Translations under genes and position numbers: made by a program
Notes under the pieces: model-generated
Told to the model about the DNA's origin: nothing
The model's input: only the letters and a program-made list of their open reading frames with translations
The model's database searches: none
Virus record (IMG/VR): IMGVR_UViG_3300037067_016777
Location: 205,106 to 269,105 of that record
Length of the DNA stretch: 64,000 nucleotides
Direction: 5' to 3' (one strand)
DNA from: a virus
Lineage: Duplodnaviria; Caudoviricetes
Shown: positions 1 through 7,571 of the stretch, in pieces
Layout of the letters: each line of letters opens with the position of its first letter
Position numbering within the stretch: position 1 is the first letter of the stretch

Positions 1-468
1 GGATATGCGTTGCTGCTAGATAAACGTGGTGCGGAATGGCAATATGAAGAGATGCATGTGCGTTATATCGATATGTTGACGGGAAAGCAGCGGATTTACG
101 TTATCGATTTTACTGTGGAATCTAATGGGCTGGTTGAGTGGATTGAGGTAAAACCGAACAACAAGATGATACCGGACGACAAAAGAATATATGCCAGTAG
201 GAGAGCAGAAGATGCTGGTGTCGTTTATCGCGGATTAGTCGAGGAAGAGAGGCTAGAACTATGGGAGCTGTTGAAATCTGGTTACCGTCAAGAATTTATA
301 CAATTTATGTTCCTCGCACCTAATCGCAACGCAAAACAGATAAGTTATTGGTTTAGTAGTAGTAAAGATGCTACTGAATTCAAGCTTGATGGATGGCGTA
401 GACATAATATGCGCGATTATGGAACAGCACTACACACAGTGGTTTTCAGGCGTATTGAACAATTATGA
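1..468 (+). CDS. TnsA-like / T4 gp4-like PD-(D/E)XK endonuclease, probably 5'-truncated by the window edge
   Basis: Frame is open from base 1. Motif YEE..VRY....GKQRIYVIDF...WIEVKP resembles the TnsA-N/head-completion nuclease core. Confidence 0.55.
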   Translation, partial: GYALLLDKRGAEWQYEEMHVRYIDMLTGKQRIYVIDFTVESNGLVEWIEVKPNNKMIPDDKRIYASRRAEDAGVVYRGLVEEERLELWELLKSGYRQEFIQFMFLAPNRNAKQISYWFSSSKDATEFKLDGWRRHNMRDYGTALHTVVFRRIEQL

Positions 469-1481
469 TTGACAGAACACTTAAACAGTTTTTTACACAT
501 GATTACGATTTACTTCTACCAATTCTGGTCTCTTATCCGATAAGAGAGCGGCTAGTTATTGATCCATTTGCTGGTGAGCAACATTTATTGCGGTTAGTAG
601 ATTGCGATAAGATTGCAGTTGATGTTGATGCATCTGTAAATCCAGACATTGTAGCTGACTCATTTAACGAGTTGCCAAAGTTTGAATCGTGTGCGGTTAT
701 AACAAACCCGCCATACGCTCATTGGCACATTTTGCAGCGCGAAAATCAGAGACTAGCGGAAGCTGTGATGCTCGCCGGATATGTTGATTTATATGAATAT
801 AGTATTAGGCGGGTGATCGATCAGTTAGGATTTTGCCCGATCTATGCAATCTTGCCAGAGAATTTTATTGCGTCTAGGACTACCAGACTAAGGCGTGAGT
901 TGTATAAGCATATCAAAGTAGTTCAGATTCATACACGCTCGTTATGTGACGATACAGAACAGCCTACTGTTTTTGTAGTATTGACGCCGGAGGAGATTGA
1001 TGACACCGATTTGTGGATAGATGATAAATTTACAGCCAAGATTTTAATAACGGCAGACGGATTACAGCCGCGATTAGAGGCAATCGGTGACTATGTTGAC
1101 TTTGGTATGAAACCTTGGCAAACAGAGGAACAACGCAATACTTCTATATTACTTAAGGCAACTGATGGTGGTTCTGAGAACAACCGTATTAGGCTGATGA
1201 CAGTAGCGGAACAATTTCCGGGTCTACGTCATTTCCATAACAAAATTAGCGATAGAGCCTATATTCAAATAGTACCAAAGATAGAATTATCTGATAGCCA
1301 AATTGAATTACTAAAAATGGCTTTTAATAGGTGGGTAGATAAGTGGAGGAGCGATACTTTTGGACTCGGCCTGACTTCATTTAGGAATAACTCTAATGGA
1401 TTCAGAAGGAAGAGACTAGATTTCAAATTGGCAAGATTAGTGCTAAATAACTTGATCGATAAGCTTCTGCCTCATCGCTGA
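465..1481 (+). CDS. Amino (probably N6-adenine) DNA methyltransferase
   Basis: SAM-binding motif IDPFAG precedes catalytic motif ITNPPY; DLY and ILP motifs follow; C-terminal region is the likely target-recognition domain. Confidence 0.8.
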   Translation: MIDRTLKQFFTHDYDLLLPILVSYPIRERLVIDPFAGEQHLLRLVDCDKIAVDVDASVNPDIVADSFNELPKFESCAVITNPPYAHWHILQRENQRLAEAVMLAGYVDLYEYSIRRVIDQLGFCPIYAILPENFIASRTTRLRRELYKHIKVVQIHTRSLCDDTEQPTVFVVLTPEEIDDTDLWIDDKFTAKILITADGLQPRLEAIGDYVDFGMKPWQTEEQRNTSILLKATDGGSENNRIRLMTVAEQFPGLRHFHNKISDRAYIQIVPKIELSDSQIELLKMAFNRWVDKWRSDTFGLGLTSFRNNSNGFRRKRLDFKLARLVLNNLIDKLLPHR

Positions 1482-2198
1482 CTCGCTTAATTCAGCCAAC
1501 CGCGAGACATAGGCGTTCTGACACTGGTTAGCAGCATCAATCTTTGCTTGATCGACCTCGATACCATCACAAATAAATATGAATTTATCGTTAGGTTGTG
1601 CTTGAGCACACTGTTGCATACTTGTTTTTCTATCGCCCTGGGAACCGCCGTCTGAATCGCCATAGCGAAGATATAACCAAATTCGTTTATTTCCGAATAT
1701 AATCACACCATCAGGTTTGGTTGGCAGTCCGCTGTCTTTTGGCTCTCCGATTTTTAGTTGACAGAATGGCGGCGACATTTTCGAGAACACGTTCCTGACA
1801 GCACCTTTTTGGTCGCTCGATTTTTTGTTGCCATTTGTAGATCGTTGGCTGTTATAGACTACAGTTACAACATGATGTCTGATTTGATCATAGGATAAAT
1901 TCAGAGATTCAAACTCCTTGATGATTTCGTCGTCAGAGATCGAATATCCATCTTTGCGTGCTTTTTGACAACTTGTTCCGTTCGAGCCCAGAGCCACGAG
2001 CATAATATCTATAGCTTGTATCTGCGCTCTCGGGTCTGTTCTGTACTTCCCAAAGTACAGCATTGATGCAATAGTGTTAATCATTTTGGTGTCATAAATT
2101 ATTCTATATCTGTACCCCGGAGGGAAACCGATCGAAGTTAGGTCGATTGCAACCGCGCTAGCTGCTAATGCTGTAGCCTTACGTGCTTTCTGTGCCAT
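1443..2198 (-). CDS. Putative type II restriction endonuclease-like protein, convergent with the methyltransferase
   Basis: C-terminal TKPDGVI...WLYLRY...GGSQGD...FIFICDG resembles a PD-(D/E)XK variant with a GGSQ motif. Its 3' end overlaps the MTase 3' end by 39 nt. Confidence 0.45.
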   Translation of the reverse strand: MAQKARKATALAASAVAIDLTSIGFPPGYRYRIIYDTKMINTIASMLYFGKYRTDPRAQIQAIDIMLVALGSNGTSCQKARKDGYSISDDEIIKEFESLNLSYDQIRHHVVTVVYNSQRSTNGNKKSSDQKGAVRNVFSKMSPPFCQLKIGEPKDSGLPTKPDGVIIFGNKRIWLYLRYGDSDGGSQGDRKTSMQQCAQAQPNDKFIFICDGIEVDQAKIDAANQCQNAYVSRLAELSESAMRQKLIDQVI

Positions 2199-2225
2199 GA
2201 GATTAAAGATAGAATGGAGGTTGTT

Positions 2226-2918
2226 ATGAGACTAATAATTGTACCGTTTGTAAGCGTGTCGGCCTTCTCTGATATAAATACTGGCGATCTATTCCTATCA
2301 GAGAAGGCTTATGAAGAGAAACAGGAATCTCTTATAAGGCATGAGCTAGCACATTTATATTCGAATGACCCCGACCACGGCAAAATGTGGTCCGAGTTAG
2401 CAGAGCAACCACTACCAACGGTCGACTTGTTTAAGAAGATGCGAAAGCGGCTTGGCATTCCACAACATATTGCTGCGAATATAGGCAATATTTCAGGCGT
2501 TCAAAACATACTCACAGATTATTATCTTTTACAAGCTTATCGCCGTTCTTCACAACAAATTCTTGGGACTATCGGACACTGGGAAGTTTTAAATGAAGGT
2601 GGTAGTGGCCCAACAAACCAGCTGATTCGATTATATCCAACACCAAAGGGCGCATTTCCGGTTGTGGTTGTTTATTATCCAACAATTACACATTTCAGAA
2701 GTCCCCAAGCGCGTATGCTGGCTTCCGAAATGCTGTTGGCTGAAACGAAAGTGATGGTCGGTGCTGCACGTAGAAAAATCGCTGGTATACCTATGCCAGA
2801 CGGTGGTAGCCTAGCACTAGACGGCGAGGCATTAGTCGCAGAAGGAAAAGAAGAGAAAGCTGCCATCATAGAAAAGGCTATACATTTGGGAGAGCCTATG
2901 GGTTTTGTGAAAGCATGA
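2226..2918 (+). CDS. SprT-like HExxH metallopeptidase-domain protein
   Basis: LIRHELAH...DHGKMW motif. SD GGAGG at 2216-2220 favours ATG 2226 over the ORF-track start at 2214. Confidence 0.5.
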   Translation: MRLIIVPFVSVSAFSDINTGDLFLSEKAYEEKQESLIRHELAHLYSNDPDHGKMWSELAEQPLPTVDLFKKMRKRLGIPQHIAANIGNISGVQNILTDYYLLQAYRRSSQQILGTIGHWEVLNEGGSGPTNQLIRLYPTPKGAFPVVVVYYPTITHFRSPQARMLASEMLLAETKVMVGAARRKIAGIPMPDGGSLALDGEALVAEGKEEKAAIIEKAIHLGEPMGFVKA

Positions 2919-2924
2919 TTAAAA

Positions 2925-3146
2925 ATGCAGTTTATTACTCGTCATCTCGATTATGTTAATATAATCTCATCTTATAAGTCAGGAGTTGCGATATCTGACT
3001 TAGCTGAGCGGCATAGTGTTGGAATCCACATTATTTATAAGGTGCTAGAGAACTGCTGCGAACGTCCTCAAGTTGACGACTTGTCTGCTGTTTCGGTTCC
3101 ACAAGACCGGCCTATCCGCAAAGGTAAATGGAATAGAACGAGTTAA
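2925..3146 (+). CDS. Small helix-turn-helix-like hypothetical protein
   Basis: YKSGVAISDLAERHSVG...IYKVL pattern; co-oriented and tightly packed with its neighbours. Confidence 0.4.
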   Translation: MQFITRHLDYVNIISSYKSGVAISDLAERHSVGIHIIYKVLENCCERPQVDDLSAVSVPQDRPIRKGKWNRTS

Positions 3147-3211
3147 GGATAGATTTCTTGTTCCTCTAAACGTCGACATATCAAAGATATCGTAGAAAGT
3201 TGAGGTATCAA

Positions 3212-3403
3212 ATGAGTCCATTAAATAAAGTGTGTTTTACGGTTTGTATGGTTTCGATTGTCATTAGTGCATTACTAGGTTTAGCTATGATATGGACCGA
3301 TATTGATCCAGAAATAACATCAAAGACATTTCTGACTTTACTTATCTTTTTTGTAAGCTCAGCGGCAATTAGCGGCGTCAATGCATTTTTCAAGAGCAAG
3401 TAA
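3212..3403 (+). CDS. Small two-TM membrane protein
   Basis: Two hydrophobic segments; SD GAGGT precedes ATG 3212. Confidence 0.5.
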   Translation: MSPLNKVCFTVCMVSIVISALLGLAMIWTDIDPEITSKTFLTLLIFFVSSAAISGVNAFFKSK

Positions 3404-3405
3404 TA

Positions 3406-3678
3406 ATGCATTTATCTCTTTTAAATGAGTCGGGTCCGCAATTCGATATTCTCGAAAAGGGTAAGATAAATCTCACGGACGATGAGCGCGAGCGAGTTAT
3501 GATCGCTAAGGCTGTTTGGCATTTTGGTTCTAACGGTAAGCCGAGTCCAGCCATTAAGAAAGCGATAGTGCGTGGTAAGACTTATTACTATTGCAATACG
3601 CACCGTTGTTATCAATCTGCGAAGACTTTAGATGGTGCTATAAAGAAATTCTTTGATGTAGTGGAGCCTTCAAGTTAA
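3406..3678 (+). CDS. Hypothetical protein (N-terminal MHLSLLNE, possible internal head protein)
   Basis: Operon packing; N-terminus resembles that of the next ORF. Confidence 0.55.
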   Translation: MHLSLLNESGPQFDILEKGKINLTDDERERVMIAKAVWHFGSNGKPSPAIKKAIVRGKTYYYCNTHRCYQSAKTLDGAIKKFFDVVEPSS

Positions 3679-3687
3679 ATCTACACT

Positions 3688-4533
3688 ATGCGACTTCATT
3701 TGTTATCAGAAGGAATTGTGGCATCGGAACTTGGTGATGTCACTAAATTAAAGAATTCATTAGCTAATCAATTAATGATTGCTCTTGAGCGGTTAGGTTT
3801 TCGTAAACCTAATATGAAACCAGCTGAGAATCCGACTGATGATGCGATTGTCTATATAGAGGCTGGACAAAACGCACTGACTAGGGAATCTCAAACGATA
3901 GTGGTTACGATAGAAGACGATGATAGTGTAAGAATACAAATCCCAAGCGATATTAGTAGATCTGGTAAGAAGAATCTGGCTGAAATTTTGGGAATAGATG
4001 ATTTCTTTATTACCGGGTCAGTCGGAGAAGCTATTGCCAGGTTAAAGGCTATTAAGCGTAAAGCGGATCATCTAATACAAAAAAGCGGTTTGCGTGGCTC
4101 GTTATCTTCAGGCCATATAGGAGAAAGTGAAGAACCACCAGCTGTCGACTATACGGTCGGCGAATTTCAGGTAAATTCAACTAAAAACGGTAGATTCTTA
4201 TCAAGCCAGCTAGAACGTTTTTTAAATGCTAAAATGCCGAATTTGATAGTTTTAAGGCAATCTGTATGGGAGCCTAGGGCGCAAACTGGTTGGCTATCTT
4301 GCGCAACTGTAATATATATGTGTCGTGGCACAACAAGTTTAAAACAACAGCTTAAGGAATTATTTGCTCAAGAGGACTATTTTGATTTTATACCGACGCG
4401 CTATAAGACGATCGGCATAGCGTCTACTGTAGAAGAATTTCTTGGTTTATATGGTCACTATGAATTAAGCCCTACATGGACAAATATTATTAATAATATG
4501 GCTGATAAGTTTGAGGCAGGAATGGTTGATTGA
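3688..4533 (+). CDS. Hypothetical protein (N-terminal MRLHLLSE, possible internal head protein)
   Basis: 281-aa ORF in operon packing. Confidence 0.6.
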   Translation: MRLHLLSEGIVASELGDVTKLKNSLANQLMIALERLGFRKPNMKPAENPTDDAIVYIEAGQNALTRESQTIVVTIEDDDSVRIQIPSDISRSGKKNLAEILGIDDFFITGSVGEAIARLKAIKRKADHLIQKSGLRGSLSSGHIGESEEPPAVDYTVGEFQVNSTKNGRFLSSQLERFLNAKMPNLIVLRQSVWEPRAQTGWLSCATVIYMCRGTTSLKQQLKELFAQEDYFDFIPTRYKTIGIASTVEEFLGLYGHYELSPTWTNIINNMADKFEAGMVD

Positions 4534-4594
4534 TATTTTAGTAGTAGATGACTACAGGTTCGCATAAAATATATGGTGGCAGGGAGATGCTACC

Positions 4595-5116
4595 ATGCGA
4601 CAAATCTATATAGCAAATAAACTTGAAGTGATAGGCCCTGATAGTGTTGCTATACCCGGATGCGAGCCCGAATCTTCCTTTTCAACTACAAGTCTTTCCT
4701 GGTTGCGTAATTGCAAGAGCACCTATGTGAAATTATCTATTGCACTAGCCGCTATTCCTGGGTCTACTATCGAGTGGCAAATAAATAATGGGCAGTCGAA
4801 TGGAGCTACAAAGAAGTGGTTTGTATTGCCGCCATATTATCCTGGCTGTCCGTGTACTCCAATGCCAGATTACTATGCTATTCTTCGAAGCTTAGGCTCT
4901 TCAGATGAATTACCACCGACACAACCAGATTGTGCTGTGTTAGATCAGGGTTGGTGTCCGGCCAAGAACTTTAAAGAACAACTACCGCCACCGGTGAAAC
5001 GCTATGTCCCAGAAGGTGAGATTTTCGGAATTACGCCATCATTATTATTTGGGCCGTACTATTATGGCAATGATCCACGAGACAGCCCAGCAGATGATTT
5101 CCCTCTGACGATGTGA
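4595..5116 (+). CDS. Hypothetical Pro/Cys-rich protein, possibly structural
   Basis: SD GGGAG; immediately precedes the neck gene. Confidence 0.55.
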   Translation: MRQIYIANKLEVIGPDSVAIPGCEPESSFSTTSLSWLRNCKSTYVKLSIALAAIPGSTIEWQINNGQSNGATKKWFVLPPYYPGCPCTPMPDYYAILRSLGSSDELPPTQPDCAVLDQGWCPAKNFKEQLPPPVKRYVPEGEIFGITPSLLFGPYYYGNDPRDSPADDFPLTM

Positions 5117-5123
5117 GTAGAAT

Positions 5124-5726
5124 ATGATTTATAATTTTAGTGGCATAAATGAGCAAGCAACAAGTACTCAAATAGATTTTCGTAGTGATGTGCAGCAGAA
5201 TAATCCATTATATCAAGTACAAGATATAGATGCACCGGATATAGCGTTAGTTAAGAAAACAGCAATAGAGATGATTCAGGTTAATGGTGCTCTTGTTCGA
5301 GTCCATACTAGAACGGATAATATGGACCACGATAAAGTTTTTGATGAAGATACTGACCCAACATACTGGGCACCAATTAGTATCAAAGGATTCTTCGTAC
5401 CAAATCCAATGGAATATGAATTGACTTTATGGGGTGTAGACTGCCCAAATAAACAAGAGATTGTATTTGCTCTTGAACAAGTAGTCGGTTTGAAGCCGAA
5501 GAGATTGTTTCGCCCAGGTGATTTAATAGAGCTACCGTTCGATTCTCAATCGCAACAGAAGCCTAAATACTTCATGATAGACAACGCATCTGAGGTGGGT
5601 AACTTCAGATATGTCTGGCTATATCTGAAGTGTGTGACTACACTTATAGTTGGCGATGTTAACTTGCGACCTGCTCAAGATGCTGTAGAGACAATTGACG
5701 AGTATACCGACGAGATCGACGGATGA
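5124..5726 (+). CDS. Neck / head-closure protein (T4 gp14-like)
   Basis: DKVFDED...LWG.D...RPGDLIELPF...YF.ID....VGNF..VWL.LKC matches the gp14 pattern; lies upstream of the gp15-like and sheath genes. Confidence 0.6.
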   Translation: MIYNFSGINEQATSTQIDFRSDVQQNNPLYQVQDIDAPDIALVKKTAIEMIQVNGALVRVHTRTDNMDHDKVFDEDTDPTYWAPISIKGFFVPNPMEYELTLWGVDCPNKQEIVFALEQVVGLKPKRLFRPGDLIELPFDSQSQQKPKYFMIDNASEVGNFRYVWLYLKCVTTLIVGDVNLRPAQDAVETIDEYTDEIDG

Positions 5727-6078
5727 ACCTAATTTCTTGTGCTTTGCAACATCGAAAAAAGAATTTTCAAATCCGAGAGAATTGATTGGCCAAATCGGCT
5801 TAGATTTGGAAGCTAAAGCCGGTAAGATAGGTAGTTTGTTTCGTGGGAATATACGTAAGGAGTTAGAAAAATTATCTGATAAAAAGAATATAATTATATC
5901 AATAGAGCAGACAATCAATGGCTCTCTGATATCGTTAAAAATTGAGGATTGGGTTGATAAATTAGAGAAGGCAACAATAATAGAGGAATTCAAAGATTTG
6001 ATGGATCGCATCGGTGCTACTACTAGCGTCTGTTCTGGCGGATCTATCCCTGGTAGTTTAGTAGCACTTCTAAAATAG
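5695..6078 (+). CDS. Hypothetical protein
   Basis: Fills the gap between the neck and tail-terminator genes; start uncertain. Confidence 0.45.
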   Translation: MTSIPTRSTDEPNFLCFATSKKEFSNPRELIGQIGLDLEAKAGKIGSLFRGNIRKELEKLSDKKNIIISIEQTINGSLISLKIEDWVDKLEKATIIEEFKDLMDRIGATTSVCSGGSIPGSLVALLK

Positions 6079-6088
6079 GATAAATAAG

Positions 6089-6961
6089 ATGGCTATCCAT
6101 GAATTTACGCCACACGTTTTAGAGCGAGAGAGAACCTCTAATCCTGTTCCTGGCCCAGAACGCAATCCGCATATTGAGCTATATCCAGTGGGTGTAGCGC
6201 AGAGCAGCGATGTTCAAGGTGGCCGCTCTAGCATTTATGGCGAGACACTCGGCAGCCAGCCAGAGTTTATTCAAGAGTTCCTGATGCCGGGTTTTCACGC
6301 TCTTGACGAAGCGATGAAAACATATTGGTCTGGAATTAGAATACCAACTAAAGATGCCTACAGGTTTATGAGGGTTAAGATAGCTGGTGGCGATAAGAGT
6401 ATTCTGATATGGCGTGATCAATTAAAAGAAGGACGAGTAAAATTTCCTGTTGCCTCTATTAGTCGGATCAGCCATGAATTCAATCCACAGAAGTTTAGTA
6501 CGCCTGTGTTAGCGATGGCTCGCAGATATACTAGCAGTCGCATGGATCGAGTTGCTTTAATAAGGCGGCCAGTGCCTTTTTTGGTGAAATATACGCTCAC
6601 AATATGGGCGTCTTATAAAGGTGAAGCCGATCACGCATTAGAACAGATTCTGCCACGATTCAATCCGTTAGCTGAATTCGTAATGTGTGATCAACACTTA
6701 CGCGGTAGTGTACAGCTAAGATTTGAAGGGTCTGCCGACGCCAGCGAAAAGGAAGTTGGTTTTGATCAGAAAGCCAAAATACGATACGAATTTTCAATGA
6801 CTGCTGAGGCTTGGCTGCCATTGCCAGAACTTATAGTTCCAACTATTCTTGGACACGCCACTGTGATTAAGGAATCTGCCACGAATGAATTATTATCAAT
6901 GGGACGAGGAGATACAACTAGACTGTTTTGTAAGCCTGACGTTGGTGGTTGGGATATTTGA
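6089..6961 (+). CDS. Tail terminator / sheath stabiliser (T4 gp15-like)
   Basis: PVPFLVKYTLTIW....ADHALEQILPRFNP is the gp15 signature. Confidence 0.75.
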   Translation: MAIHEFTPHVLERERTSNPVPGPERNPHIELYPVGVAQSSDVQGGRSSIYGETLGSQPEFIQEFLMPGFHALDEAMKTYWSGIRIPTKDAYRFMRVKIAGGDKSILIWRDQLKEGRVKFPVASISRISHEFNPQKFSTPVLAMARRYTSSRMDRVALIRRPVPFLVKYTLTIWASYKGEADHALEQILPRFNPLAEFVMCDQHLRGSVQLRFEGSADASEKEVGFDQKAKIRYEFSMTAEAWLPLPELIVPTILGHATVIKESATNELLSMGRGDTTRLFCKPDVGGWDI

Positions 6962-7029
6962 GCGTTATGAATTATAATGTTTAAGATGTAGATATATGAT
7001 TACTGTACTGTGATTGTAGTAGAGGATTT

Positions 7030-7278
7030 ATGAAACAACACAACAGAGAAACCAATTTTGTAGTGCAGATTTACAACTGTAGCACACAGATGATACCGAT
7101 TTCTGTGAGACCGCCAGGAGGCGATTTCTTTCTACATGAGCAGACAATTTACCTAAGGCGAGGTAAGACAGTCCGATTACCGAAGAGTTTCTTAAACGAT
7201 TCGCAGATTTCTAATTTGACCTCAAAACGGATGATAAGAATTCTGCATGATAGTGAGAAGGCCGCTATTAATAGTTAG
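7030..7278 (+). CDS. Hypothetical protein
   Basis: SD AGAGG; 82-aa ORF. Confidence 0.55.
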   Translation: MKQHNRETNFVVQIYNCSTQMIPISVRPPGGDFFLHEQTIYLRRGKTVRLPKSFLNDSQISNLTSKRMIRILHDSEKAAINS

Positions 7279-7343
7279 CAGCTTATATCCATATATCTCA
7301 TCGCTATTAATAGTTAACGGCTTACATCCATATATATATCTCA
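7263..7343. repeat. Imperfect tandem duplication (about 38 and 42 nt)
   Basis: cgctattaatagttagcagcttatatccatatatctca (7263-7300) versus cgctattaatagttaacggcttacatccatatatatatctca (7302-7343). Confidence 0.85.
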
Positions 7344-7351
7344 GGATGTGC

Positions 7352-7549
7352 TATAAATTAAATCATATTATCCTGGCAAGTTATTGGTATATTGATAGAT
7401 GGTTTTGTGATGCATAAGAGAACACTACATAGGAGAGTAGTGAAGTAGACAATGGCCGAAAACGAGTTTGCAGAAGCGAAGGTTATATCAGGAAATATAG
7501 TGGTGAAAAACTGTGTTATGTTTATTTAGGCAAATCTACCATAGTTTGA
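7352..7549 (+). pseudogene. Decayed C-terminal fragment of a Mom-like/GNAT domain, paralogous to 48289..49728
   Basis: Manual translation gives YKLNHIILASYWYID/DGFVMHKRTLHRRVVK*TMAENEFAEA/GYIRKYSGEKLCYVY, versus intact FALHHSVPADYWYVDLKGYVMHKRTLYGRAISLKMTEYEFAEKYGYARKYGGEKLCFIK. Frameshifts near 7397 and 7480; in-frame TAG at 7446. Confidence 0.85.
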
Positions 7550-7571
7550 TACTAGACAACGGAGATTAAAA

